From Paecilomyces variotii (taxonomy: Eukaryota), in NCBI GenBank assembly GCA_004022145.1, contig RCNU01000013.1: a stretch of 20,686 nucleotides of DNA; one strand, given 5' to 3'. Made by a program: the position numbers and the translations under genes. Under the pieces are notes generated by a model. That model did not search any database and had not been told where the DNA came from. It was given only the letters and a program-made list of their open reading frames with translations. Numbering within the stretch: position 1 is the stretch's first letter; each line of letters opens with the position of its first letter. Positions 1-11,393 of this stretch are shown here, piece after piece.

Positions 1-147
1 ACGAGGCCAAGCCATCGCATCTTTTAGGGCTGTCCAAGAATTTTCCATTTGCCATTGACAACGTCGCTTTCCTCCCGTGTACTGGAAGTTCATAGGAGCT
101 GTCAGTCCTCCCGCTTTATATTATCGATCCAACCGTGTCGCATAACG

Positions 148-2329
148 ATGGCGGCTGTCGCACCGACGCCGGTGACGAACGGGACTCGCGAGTCAGAGAA
201 AGAACACAATGCAGAGCACAGTCCCCCTCGCTTCACAGCAGTGAATGGGAGAGACATCCCTGCGTCGGCCACGAATGGATCCACATCGTCTTCAAACGGC
301 ACCTCTCATGGAAATGAAGAACGTCGAGAAGTCTACGAGGGTGGCTGGGCTACGAGCGGATATAATACGCCTATGTCACGGCAGGATGAACGTCCTCGCG
401 ACGGGGGAAGCGCCGGGCATGATCAGGAGGACAGACAATCTCAGCGGTCACCATCACAAGGCACTTCAACAGCCACCAACAGGAATAAACGCAAAAGGTC
501 GGAGTCCGCAGAGCGACAAGTGTCTCCGCAGAATAAGCACCAGGGCCGGAGCCTGCCAAAAAGCCCAGTGCACCGCTCCGATGACCAAGGCGATGCTCAG
601 ATTCAAGCTTCGAGTACGAACGCGGGCTTGCCTCATCCGCTTCCAGAAGCTCAGAATCCATCAGCGAATTATCCACGGGTAGAGAGTGCCGACGAAGTCC
701 CCCCAGCTTCAACAGGCAATCCCTGGCAAGATTATGATTCACACCTAGTTTCCCAGGCGCAACGCGCCCAGCATCTAGATACGTCTGACGCTCAGCTTGC
801 GGAGGCTCTGCAGCGTGAGGCTCAGGGCCAAGATGCCCCTCAGAAGGGATGGAGTACTGTGAGTCGCCCAGCAGAAGGTTCCGTGGACCTCGACCAGCGT
901 GCTCTATCAAATTATGGGCAAGATCGGTCACCGGGGGCAGCCGTTCAAGTCGGGCCCAAGAGGAAACGCGTCTTCAGCAACAGGACCAAAACTGGCTGTA
1001 TGACATGCCGGCGGCGAAAGAAGAAGTGCGACGAACAACATCCTGCTTGTAAGTTGAGCACCCCTTCCTGATCAAGCAATAACAAAGGCTCACATGGGTG
1101 GTTCAGGTAACAACTGTATTCGGGGCGGCTTCTTATGTGAAGGATACTCGTCACGAAGCACATGGCAAAAGCCATCCAGTGTACTGAAGGGTCCGATCCC
1201 TTTGCAATCGAAAGAAGGCTATCCTGATGTCACTGGCCACTATGTCCAAGAGATGAGTCCTCAGCGACCTGAAAGGCCCCCTAGTTCCGCTCAACCAGTG
1301 GAGGCGGGAAAGATGAGACCTATGGTCATCGATGACAGCGAGCGCTCTGCTCCGCAGTATGTTACCAGTCCCACAGGTACTGGAGCAAGTCGCGGATCGT
1401 GGTCGAAGCGCAGCTGGCCTGGCCCTACGGGTCACCCCGCATATGTGCCAGAGCACATGCCCGCCAAGTCGGATTATCGGGAAGTGCCTCCAATACATGA
1501 GTTATCAAGAGAAGGGCCTCCCAAGGCCGACTACAACGTGGTACCGTCTATCCGCGAACTCTCGCATCCGAAACCCGGAATGCCACTTTTCCAAGGGGTC
1601 GAGCAGCGGACGGTGCATCCGACGACTGTGGATGCAAACAGTCCGCAGGCGCAGGCAAGGATGGCCCTGAGTATTGAGCACCAGTTGTCCACGAGATCTG
1701 TCCCACACGAGGAGTCTGAAAAGGATAAAATGATCCGCGGCGAGCTTTACCGGCCCTTTGATATGCTTCTAATCGAGGAAAGGGAGCGCTGTAAAGCGGC
1801 TCTCTGGAGGTTTAACAATGTATCGAATCCTTTGTTCGCCATCAGCGCAAAGGAAAAGAACCGCTTGCTGAGAGAAATCTTTATCCCATCACCCAGCGCA
1901 GCTACGGGCTCTCCATCAAGTGGAAATGTGACTCGTCCCGCGGGGTCCATCGGCCAAGGCGCAGTGATCGAAGCACCATTCAATTGCCATTATGGATATA
2001 ACATCCATATCGGAGAAGACGTCATGATTTCGGAGAATTGCACGCTCATTGACGACTGCCCCATCAACATCGGAGCGCATACCTGGATTGGTCCAAACGT
2101 CACCATCCTGGGCTCCATGGCACATGCCAATATGCAAGAAAGAAAGGGCTGTCAGAGCCGTTATCAAGGACGCCCCGTCACCATTGAAGAAGATTGTTAT
2201 GTTGGTGCAGGCTGTACAATCTATCCAGGTGTCCGCCTCCGCCGGGGAGCCTATGTGGCCCCTGGTGAGGTGGTCAAGTCTGACATTGTAGCATACGGCT
2301 TCCAGGGACTTAAACCCAGTTATATGTGA
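148..2329 (+). CDS. Zn2Cys6 (C6 zinc cluster) transcription factor with a C-terminal maltose/galactoside O-acetyltransferase-like (Mac + left-handed beta-helix) domain; exons 148-1048 and 1107-2329, about 707 aa
   Basis: Removing intron 1049-1106 (GTAAGT...GCTCAC branch...TTCAG, 58 nt) joins the two ORFs into the complete cluster CMTCRRRKKKCDEQHPACNNCIRGGFLC. The C-terminus has EKDKMIRGELYRPFD...ERERCK (Mac helix), then IEAPFNCHYGYNIHIGEDV..., IGAHTWIGPNVTI and PVTIEEDCYVGAGCTIYPGV hexapeptide repeats. First in-frame ATG is at 148; the ORF-track start at 49 is TTG. Confidence 0.9.
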
Positions 2330-2513
2330 GATGCTTATGTATATGATTATTGTTAAAGCCATGAGGGGACACTGTTGGAAATTGCATAGTTCTCTCTTCA
2401 AAATAATATTATGATTTGTGTGGATGGACTAGTTATCATGAGACATGTTTCTACAACTGTCTTACTTGCATTGGCGTAACTATTTGGACAATCTGTGGCT
2501 TTTGTTTTTGTGA

Positions 2514-2548
2514 TCTCTCTCTCTCTCTTTTCTTTTTTTTCTTTTTTC
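2514..2548. repeat. (CT)n / T-rich pyrimidine tract in the convergent 3' intergenic region
   Basis: tctctctctctctcttttctttttttttcttttttc-type run read directly. Confidence 0.7.
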
Positions 2549-2870
2549 ATGTGACACATGTTCCAGTCTATATTACTGTGTAATTAATTAAGTCTGGCAG
2601 GCTCAGACTTTCTGGTTTACCCTATTGATGGCTCAGTTTGCAACTTTTGACCCCTCTTAGCGTTTTCTTCTATAAATGATTTCCTGATTAATGTGGATTT
2701 ATCGGGTAATATAACGAATAATGACGAAGGTTTTCTTAAGGCCTCCCAAGTTCTGGCTGCGCATTAAATTGACATAGCAGAGGTCTAAAAATACAGCATT
2801 CTTCGCAGGATAGTAATAACAATAACTAATGAAACAGAAAAGCAGATATAGTCTATATTTCATTTTCAGT

Positions 2871-2889
2871 AAAAAAAAAAAAAAAAAAA
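2871..2889. repeat. poly(A) homopolymer (19 nt)
   Basis: Direct reading. Confidence 0.85.
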
Positions 2890-3181
2890 GAGGGGAAGGA
2901 GGAGATAAACATAAACTATAACAAGACAGACAGACAGTTACTCAAACAGGCCTTATCATGCATAAATAGAACCAATGTAGATATCAAATCCGAAATTCTT
3001 TTCATATTCATCACAGTGGACAACTGCACATTAGCTTCACACACAGAGCGACCCATTGAAGATATGCATAGGACATGATGCTTGGTAGACGAGGACGTTG
3101 TACATAATCTAGATTCGCATGAAATAAAGCGGGAGGGGGGTTGATGGTTTTTAGGGCGAAAAAAAAAAGCAGCAATTGTAA

Positions 3182-4366
<1,185 letters not shown>

Positions 4367-4926
4367 GGTGATTGCGATGTATCTTGGACTATCTGCGCGT
4401 CTGCTTCTTATGACTCGTTCATTCGAAAGGGGCGTCGATAAGAGCAAACGCACATGCACCGTCTGATTGCCGTATGCAGTAGCAATGCGGCACGAAGCGG
4501 CGCGAGGTATAAGAAACACAGGTTTTTGAGGCGATTGATGGCAAACTGCTTATACCGTGATTCGAGTGCTGAGGATGTTGGAATTGAAGAATTGTATGCA
4601 GAAGTGAATCTGAGACAGATGGGCGAGGCAAGGGAGCGCTCCATACGGAGCGGTTCGGGGCCTTCGGGCTGACATCGGCCTGTCCTTCATTGGTGGGGCT
4701 TACCCGGGCGCCACTGGATACTCATCGACTGCTTACTGATTCTAAAACTCTGCGGCTCCAATGAAGAAGATATGTAAGTAAGTACCGTAGAAAAATAACT
4801 AACTAATCATTCCGACATATAATGATAATAATAATAATAATACATCATAATAGGCAAACATAGAACCTTCCCTTTCATATCTTGTGATAACTGCACCCCA
4901 ACGCATTCGTCCTTCAAGTTCAATAC

Positions 4927-5526
4927 TTAGTCCTTGGCGCTCTCAGTAGTGCTACCGCTGCTTTCATTACTGTCAACTTTGGAGATAATATAGGCGCCTG
5001 TCTGACCTGGCTCAGGCTGTCCATGCAGTTCCTCTTCGAATACAGGCTCCGCTTCGACAGTTTCAAACTTGGTTTTGAAGTCGGTCAGGCCATGGTTACT
5101 GCTATTGGAATGGCGTCGCGTATTGGTGAATGTATATTCATAGTCTTGTACCTCCTCTCCGGAGCGGCCCCTAGAACAAGTATGTGCAATTAGTCCTGCC
5201 AGGTTCCTTTTCACGAAACAATTGACACCGCGTAACTGTAGCTGTCCGAATATGTGTGAAGAAGATCTTACCAGTTACCCTTCCCAGCCCCATTCTTCTT
5301 CGTCTTGTGGGGATCGACAGCGACGGGACCCGTCTTTGCAAAGTAGCGAGGAAGATGTTCATCCTCAGCGGGCCCGGTGTGGTCCCGATCGTTCAGTTTG
5401 TGCGAGCGCGTCACTAGCATGCATTAGTCGTACTGCCAAGGAAAGCAATCTAGTCATTGCAAGCATCAAGCTGACTTGTTATGGAATGATTGTGTCTGTT
5501 TCTCCGATGGAATGAGCTGACTTACT
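4927..5526 (-). CDS. STF2/TMA10-like small hydrophilic protein, about 128 aa; coding exons: single A at 5526 (or 5476), 5413-5272, 5170-4927
   Basis: Manual translation gives MTRSHKLNDRDHTGPAEDEHLPRYFAKTGPVAVDPHKTKKNGAGKGNW|GRSGEEVQDYEYTFTNTRRHSNS...KFETVE. This matches the yeast Stf2 pattern as recalled (MTR..K, P.YF..TG, P...KK.G.GKGNWG..G.E, RR.SN, KFE.V). Intron 5271-5171 is GTAAGA...ACTAAT...TTCTAG; upstream acceptor TAG at 5414 is followed by TG ACG CGC. Confidence 0.85.
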
Positions 5527-6680
5527 TGTACAAGAGTGGTATTGGAAGAGCGCAAGCTGTCGAATTAATGAGGCTTCCTGGCAAGGAGTCAGCTGCTATA
5601 CTCATTAATAATGGATGCAAGTCAGTCCGGTAGCAACAAACCAACGCCCGTAAGTCGTTGAGCGATGCTTTGGCGCTTTCTAGCTGGAGCTCGACTCAGG
5701 AAATTCTTGATGAATTGCGGTTCTCTGCACATACAGAAATCGTTTTGGGAGGCACTACGAAGTGGTGTGTGCCGGTAGTTGGAAACTCTTGGATGGATAA
5801 CACTGTGCCAGTGGTAAAATTGCACAGTGAGGCGAGAACAGCTGTCAATGACTGATGTCGAAGACTCTTTACAGTAGGACAAGAATTGCAAGGAACTCAG
5901 ATCAGGAGTAATAGCCACCGTGGTTGGAAGTTCTACATATATATATATGGCCAGAGTATATGCAGACTGCGGGGTCCCGAGCAGCATCCGAATCATGCCA
6001 GCGCCCGGTCGACTCGTGACCTCATACATCATGAGGAATGCCCCGGATCTACCGGTGCAGGTGTACTCTCAGAGATATCCTCTCCAGGAGCAAGGCAAGT
6101 ATTGATTTAATATAATATCACATTATTATTCACATTCAGCTGTACTTCTTGACCAGTTGAGCGTGAGTCACCTTTACTCCAAGACATAGTTATTTCCATA
6201 GTTATTGCATAGTAAAATCGTATGATTCTAGAATCCAGCGGCACTAAGTAGCCCGAAGCGGGGGAAGACAGGACTCCACTTAAGTAAGTAAGTAGAAAAG
6301 AAACAGTCGTCTACGATTTTAACAGCACGGGCTGCTACAACCAAAGTACCGTGACTGATTCCCCTTTATCTCTTAAAACACTTCCTCTCGCGCTTATAAT
6401 TTCTTGGGGTTGCTTCGAATAATTACTCAATCCAGGAGACCAGCTAAGAAGCTAAAGCGAGCTAGGTGATCTGGCTATCCTACCTAGGTACTACGTGGCT
6501 ATCTAAACCTAATGCGAAGGGTGAGAGAATTCTTGCTAGTGCCCTACGTTGCCTTGCACTTGTCATTATTTCATCATTTAATTTGGCCGAGATTGAGCTT
6601 TCAGGTTCGTAGAGATCGCGATATTTATTTCATGAGTGTCGATTACCAGCACAGGCAGTAACTGGGGCAATCTCAGAAAG

Positions 6681-8810
6681 ATGGGAGGAACTATGGATCC
6701 CAGTGTCTTGAGAGAACTCCATGACGACCTCGTCCGGAAATACAATAGGCACGCGGCTGCTATTGAGTGTGTCTGGCGGTCACTCGATCAGAAAGGACGG
6801 GCGACTTGTCTTAAGGCTGGTGCAATCAATGGTGTTGTTCTGAAACACCCTTTGGACCGGTCGTTGGGGGATGCCATAATCATACCAGAGTGGAATCTAC
6901 GCGATATCACGGAACCAGGATCGGATTTCCTGCTGGGCCTCCTCAAACACCGTGCTACGAAGTCCCTTTTCGAACAGTATTGCACTGGTGCCAATGGTGA
7001 ACCTGGAGATCATGCCTTCATCCAAAAGATGAACGCCAAAGGTTATCAGCACAGTCAACCTTTCCATAACTGCTATACATTGTTCATGGATGGTAATCAA
7101 TACGGGGCATCGTATGAAGTCTTATCCGACCATTCTGACGTTCTGGCTGCTTTTGAACCCGCCATTCGAGCCGGACTCTGCGTTCCTCAATCAACCGGCG
7201 AGTTGATACTGCTAAGGCAGTTTTCTCTGCTACAGGGCCTCAACATCATTGTCGATGATATCCTGGACACGCGTTCAGAAGGCAGAGATCGGGGGAGCCG
7301 ACCAAGAAAGTCAGACAAAGCAGCCACAGCGGCTCTTACTGCGTTATCTGATCAAACCCCCACAGCGAGGCCTACTCTCCCGGACCTGATTGCCAGCGCC
7401 CGAGATCAACAGGAATCTCTGGAGGAGTATCTAGAGCTCCTCTCCACAGAGCCGGCCGTTCTTGCTCACGCTGTCAACGCTTGGTTCTTCAGCCGGCCAG
7501 AACTTGTTGCCGACGAGAAAGGGCGCAGATTGCCGGTTCACACTGATAAGTACATCAGTCCTGCCTTTTTTGATGCAATCCATAGCGCAGTTAAAGGCGC
7601 TGCGGTCTGGGGGTACATTTGTCGTCTCCTTGAGCTCCTCAGAACCACGACCACGGATAAAGTCTACCGGGCCATTCTTCTTCAAGAGATATCCAATATT
7701 CTATATCTTGAGTATGAGCGCTCCAGAGCCCTCTTCAAGCGCCATGTCCGGGCAAGAGCAGGATCAAAGTGGTTCAAAAGGGTATCTAATGCGTACGACC
7801 GTGCTGGCAACGCACGCGTTATCTTGAAGTGTAATCCCGAACAACTGACCAGATCGGATCCTCAGCTTCACTATATGCTGCGTCTCTGCCAGTCAGAGAC
7901 AAATGCTGCTAATGCCGTCGACTGGATCAAGAAGTTGAGTGGCCTTCACGAAGCACATCCTACGGAGCGGGAGAGATTGGCAGATCTCGAAGCCGAGTCC
8001 CTGTGTGATCTGGCTGTCATCATCGGGTCCATTCAGGACCTCTCATCAGTGCTTCCAATACCCTCGGCTTCCCGTAAGACGGGACAGCTGTTTATCTCCA
8101 AATATCAGGAGTTAGATACCGAGTTAAATCGGCTAGGAAAGAACATTAACCTGCACGACTATGTGGCACCTATCAACAATCTTCTAGAGCCGGGAATGGC
8201 TGAAAGCGCGTTGAATACTCTCGATCACTTCGTCGTCGAAGGAACCGGTACAAGAATGGGATCCCTATACCGAGATTTGATCGAGGATTCTATTTCCGGT
8301 CTCACAATCCAGTATCAACAAGCAAAGGCGAAGCTGGAGCAAACTCAAGCTGAATCGGTGCAACCTGCCATCTCTGTCCCAGAGCCACTGGATACTCGAG
8401 TAGAAAGGCGGAGGGAAAAGGAGAAGACCCGTCCTCCGCGTTCGTCCGCTTTTGAAACTACACTACGAGTGGAGCCGCCTGTGGTGGAGGAACAGACTTC
8501 ACCATCACAGACTTTCAGAGTGGATCCATCAACGGCCAGTGTCTTCTCCACGCTGTTTGAAAAGTCGAACTCACGCGGCTCAGTAAGCTGGGCTGCGTTT
8601 GAATTGGCACTGGTGAAATTAGGGTTCTCCATCCTACCGAAATTTGGCTCAGTTTACACATTTCTCCCACCTGATACAATGGCAGTGAGAAAGTCACTTA
8701 CGGTACACCGGCCACACAAGTCCCGAATTGAAGGGTACCTGATCCCCATATTCGCACGGCGTCTGAAAAGGGTATATGGATGGAATAAGGAGACATTTGA
8801 GGTTTCATAA
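6681..8810 (+). CDS. Uncharacterised intronless fungal protein of about 709 aa with a C-terminal HicA-like (RNase toxin fold) domain
   Basis: Uninterrupted ORF; ATG at 6681 or 6693 (track start 6636 is GTG). C-terminal residues (8520-8807) read VFSTLF..SRGSVSWAAFELALVKLGFSILPKFGSVYTF...SLTVHRPH...ARRL, the W..F..L..LGF....GS...F.....HRPH pattern of HicA-family toxins. The ORF is well supported; the domain call is by eye. Confidence 0.75.
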   Translation: MGGTMDPSVLRELHDDLVRKYNRHAAAIECVWRSLDQKGRATCLKAGAINGVVLKHPLDRSLGDAIIIPEWNLRDITEPGSDFLLGLLKHRATKSLFEQYCTGANGEPGDHAFIQKMNAKGYQHSQPFHNCYTLFMDGNQYGASYEVLSDHSDVLAAFEPAIRAGLCVPQSTGELILLRQFSLLQGLNIIVDDILDTRSEGRDRGSRPRKSDKAATAALTALSDQTPTARPTLPDLIASARDQQESLEEYLELLSTEPAVLAHAVNAWFFSRPELVADEKGRRLPVHTDKYISPAFFDAIHSAVKGAAVWGYICRLLELLRTTTTDKVYRAILLQEISNILYLEYERSRALFKRHVRARAGSKWFKRVSNAYDRAGNARVILKCNPEQLTRSDPQLHYMLRLCQSETNAANAVDWIKKLSGLHEAHPTERERLADLEAESLCDLAVIIGSIQDLSSVLPIPSASRKTGQLFISKYQELDTELNRLGKNINLHDYVAPINNLLEPGMAESALNTLDHFVVEGTGTRMGSLYRDLIEDSISGLTIQYQQAKAKLEQTQAESVQPAISVPEPLDTRVERRREKEKTRPPRSSAFETTLRVEPPVVEEQTSPSQTFRVDPSTASVFSTLFEKSNSRGSVSWAAFELALVKLGFSILPKFGSVYTFLPPDTMAVRKSLTVHRPHKSRIEGYLIPIFARRLKRVYGWNKETFEVS

Positions 8811-9003
8811 CTTACGGATTCGGACTTTCGCTTCTAAGTTCTATCTTCGTTTGAGCTCTTCGTCTCGTTTGCGATCCTCGCTATTCCTTATTGTGACGGC
8901 CTTAGACCTAGATATCTTTACACCTAGGTGTTAGGATATATAGCATCTCGCCGGCGAATAGTAAAGGCATTAATAGTAATGTGTTTCGCCATTAAGCAGA
9001 TTA

Positions 9004-9248
9004 AACCCATAAGCGAATTACCCTCACTACGTTTCTCGCGCTTCGAAAATCAAGATTATCCCACTACTAAGTATCTATGCCTCCAAAACAGCAGAAATTA
9101 TCAACAGAATTAATGGGGTTACTTATGAGTTAAATTAAAACTTAACTCACCAAGGCCCCCAGTTAAGCCAAGATTCTGGGCTTAACTTTTTAGATTGAGC
9201 TAAGGACTTACTGTAGGCTTAACTTAACCCATAAGTCTGAATTCTCTA
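9004..9248. mobile_element. Short DNA-transposon end or MITE-like remnant with nested inverted repeats, RIP-affected
   Basis: ACTTATGAGTTAAATTAA (9121-9138) versus the reverse complement of 9219-9236 (ACTTATGGGTTAAGTTAA) is 16/18, both mismatches G>A. Inner perfect inverted repeat AGTTAAGCC (9161-9169)/GGCTTAACT (9179-9187). AACCCATAAG occurs at both 9004 and 9226. Confidence 0.45.
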
Positions 9249-10067
9249 GGGCTCTAATATGACTGCTCTAGGTTTTAACTTGATATAGTAATCTAGTAGG
9301 CGAGTAGACACGGAGACAGACGCAGTTGAGACAAAGCCACAAGCAAATGGGAGCGAAATAAACTAGTGGAATAGATTAGAGATCCATCAAACCTGCAAGG
9401 ACCTTATATAGATCCATCCTATCCTACTGTAATTCTCGCGGATCCTAGATTAGTCCCGCTATCCCTCTTAGGCAGTCAGTTCCTTTCGAATCGACGTTGC
9501 CTGCTGCCGCCTGCCTTGAGCACCGCTTCTATACTAGGAATACTTTAAAGTGAAAATGCAGTGCGCCTTTGACACTAGGTGGAAGTGCAACGACATTCCC
9601 TCCTAAATATTGCTATATTCAATTATCTTGGCCCTCAAAATCCTCAATCCCGAGCCAGAGCTCTCCCTCAGTCATAGCAGTGCTCGTGGTTTCCACCGAT
9701 GTCGACCTCTAGCAACCATTGCATTCCATTGAACACTCTTTTCTGCATTGCTCCCTCTTCACCTTCCTTATCTTCCATTCTCGATGAATCCAAGGGAGGT
9801 TGGTCAGGTAACGGGTCTGGAGAGCCCCCTGAAGGCTGTTCGGTGGGCGTTGCAAGTACCGAGAGGGCTGTATCTATCTCTTTCCCCTGCGTCTCAAACA
9901 GCCGCGATGCCCTGAACTTTGTCGTCTTCCCACACTAGCGTTTGGGAACCCCATTGAATTGCCAGCTAGAGCACCTCGAATGCGATTTGAGACCCGAGCA
10001 AGAATAGGTGAACGTTCTGGGTCACAACGCGATATATCACGTTGAAGAAGCTGCTTTGCTAAACCTC

Positions 10068-10715
10068 TCAGACACGAGGCTCATGCCCTATTAGCAGATT
10101 GTCATCCCTCTTAGCATCTTCCTGTCGCAGATGCTCTCTAGCCTCCATAAGTGCCTTCCCCAACCGATTTTCCCCCCAATGCTGTCGATACGACATAGCA
10201 TGCTTAGCCGTATATCCAATACCCCATACCCTATCATTTGATGCCGCCTCTACCAGCAACCGATCACCAGTAGCAAGCAGCTTGCTTTTCAATTTTGGAT
10301 TCTGTCCGAACTTGGCAATGGTACCAGCCACAACCACCAGACTCTTAACCTCGCCCCAGCTCACGTCTGTGAAACCTGCCGTCAACCTGCCCAGTCGTTT
10401 CTGCTCCTTCGGGGAGGTAGTTGCAAGGACTCGTCTTTGAGTTTCTCTGTCGTGGAATCGGCCGGCCTTGCAGTACATCATGAACTGTTCGGCGCAGGTG
10501 AAAGTGATGCTCCCCTCGGCGGCGTCGTCGTCTATGGCGTAGCCGATCTGTGAGGATATCTCGGTCTTGCTGAGGGTAAAAGGGGAGGGAAACCACTGGC
10601 AGAACTCGCCGTGTGTGTCATCTGGCATGTAGAAGAAGATGGGTCCATCGATATTGGTTGGCTTGTCTGGTTGAGTTGTATGCAGGCTTGCAGAGCTCTT
10701 CTTTTGTCGCTTCAT
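10068..10715 (-). CDS. NADAR family protein (YbiA/RibX-like, DUF1768) N-glycosidase or ADP-ribose hydrolase, 215 aa, intronless
   Basis: Motifs FCQWFPSPF, CAEQFMMYCKA, SPKEQKRLGR, AKFGQNP.LK..LLATG, LVEAA..DRVWGIG and GENRLGKALM are the NADAR signature. Confidence 0.92.
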   Translation of the reverse strand: MKRQKKSSASLHTTQPDKPTNIDGPIFFYMPDDTHGEFCQWFPSPFTLSKTEISSQIGYAIDDDAAEGSITFTCAEQFMMYCKAGRFHDRETQRRVLATTSPKEQKRLGRLTAGFTDVSWGEVKSLVVVAGTIAKFGQNPKLKSKLLATGDRLLVEAASNDRVWGIGYTAKHAMSYRQHWGENRLGKALMEAREHLRQEDAKRDDNLLIGHEPRV

Positions 10716-11393
10716 TGCGTTTTATCATCGGGTAATGATCTCCTTGACTTGTTGGTCATTTTTTTGGGTTGTGGTTAGAATCATGGCGGGATGGATCGAT
10801 ATAGAGGTTCTTCTGTAAGTTGAGTGAAGTATAGAGTAAGCGGGAGGCAGCCTAATAGTCGGTTCTTGGAAATAACTAACTTATGACGTAGAATAGATAT
10901 AGTGTAAATATGCCACTAGCCTTGGATCCGTTAATTTACTCTACTCTACTCTACCTAGGTACTCTACTCTAGAGTACAGTAAAACCTGGTTGTAACAAAT
11001 TAATTTCGTAGAACAGGATTAGAGTCAGACACGCCGACCAATACTAAGCCTATTCTGGAAATATAATAACTTCCAAGGTTGGCTGACCTGCATACACCTT
11101 AGGACCTCAACCCATTCCCCTTTCGTAGTGAATCAGCATACAATTCATTCCTTCTTCTAGTTTAATAGCTGCAGCGTTTTTGTGGTTCTGACTCACTCGG
11201 CGAAAACTGACCCTCAAGATCGCATCTGCTTGTCTCCAGCACGAGGATATATACTTCATCTCGCATCCCTCTTCTCTTCTATTTTCACGTCTCAATTCGC
11301 AAATCAAGCTCTGGTGAATCATGACAATACAAATAAGGCAAAATCTTTCTCTATATATTCGAATCACGGAGCCATAAGCTTCTTTTTATCGTG
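10716..11393. promoter_or_regulatory. Shared divergent intergenic region (678 bp) between the NADAR and ART-like genes; contains a (TACTC)n array around a TACCTAGGTA palindrome at about 10937-10970
   Basis: Head-to-head ATGs at 10715 (-) and 11394 (+); the repeat is read directly. Promoter function is inferred. Confidence 0.5.

Noticed and set aside
49..147. N-terminal extension of the first ORF from TTG at 49
   Set aside because: Non-ATG start in a eukaryotic gene; ATG at 148 is in good context.
4367..4672. Upstream extension and overlapping short ORFs before HEM2
   Set aside because: HEM2-like sequence begins at MSFSNL (4366); the others lack motifs and lie in the UTR or promoter.
5622..6110. 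Several 60-136 aa ORFs with coding-like GC; possible gene relic
   Set aside because: No recognisable domain and no consistent exon structure; would need BLASTX.
9670..9938. About 88-codon open stretch on the minus strand downstream of NADAR, and a 79-aa plus-strand ORF
   Set aside because: The NADAR domain is already complete with its own stop; no motif and no convincing splice link.
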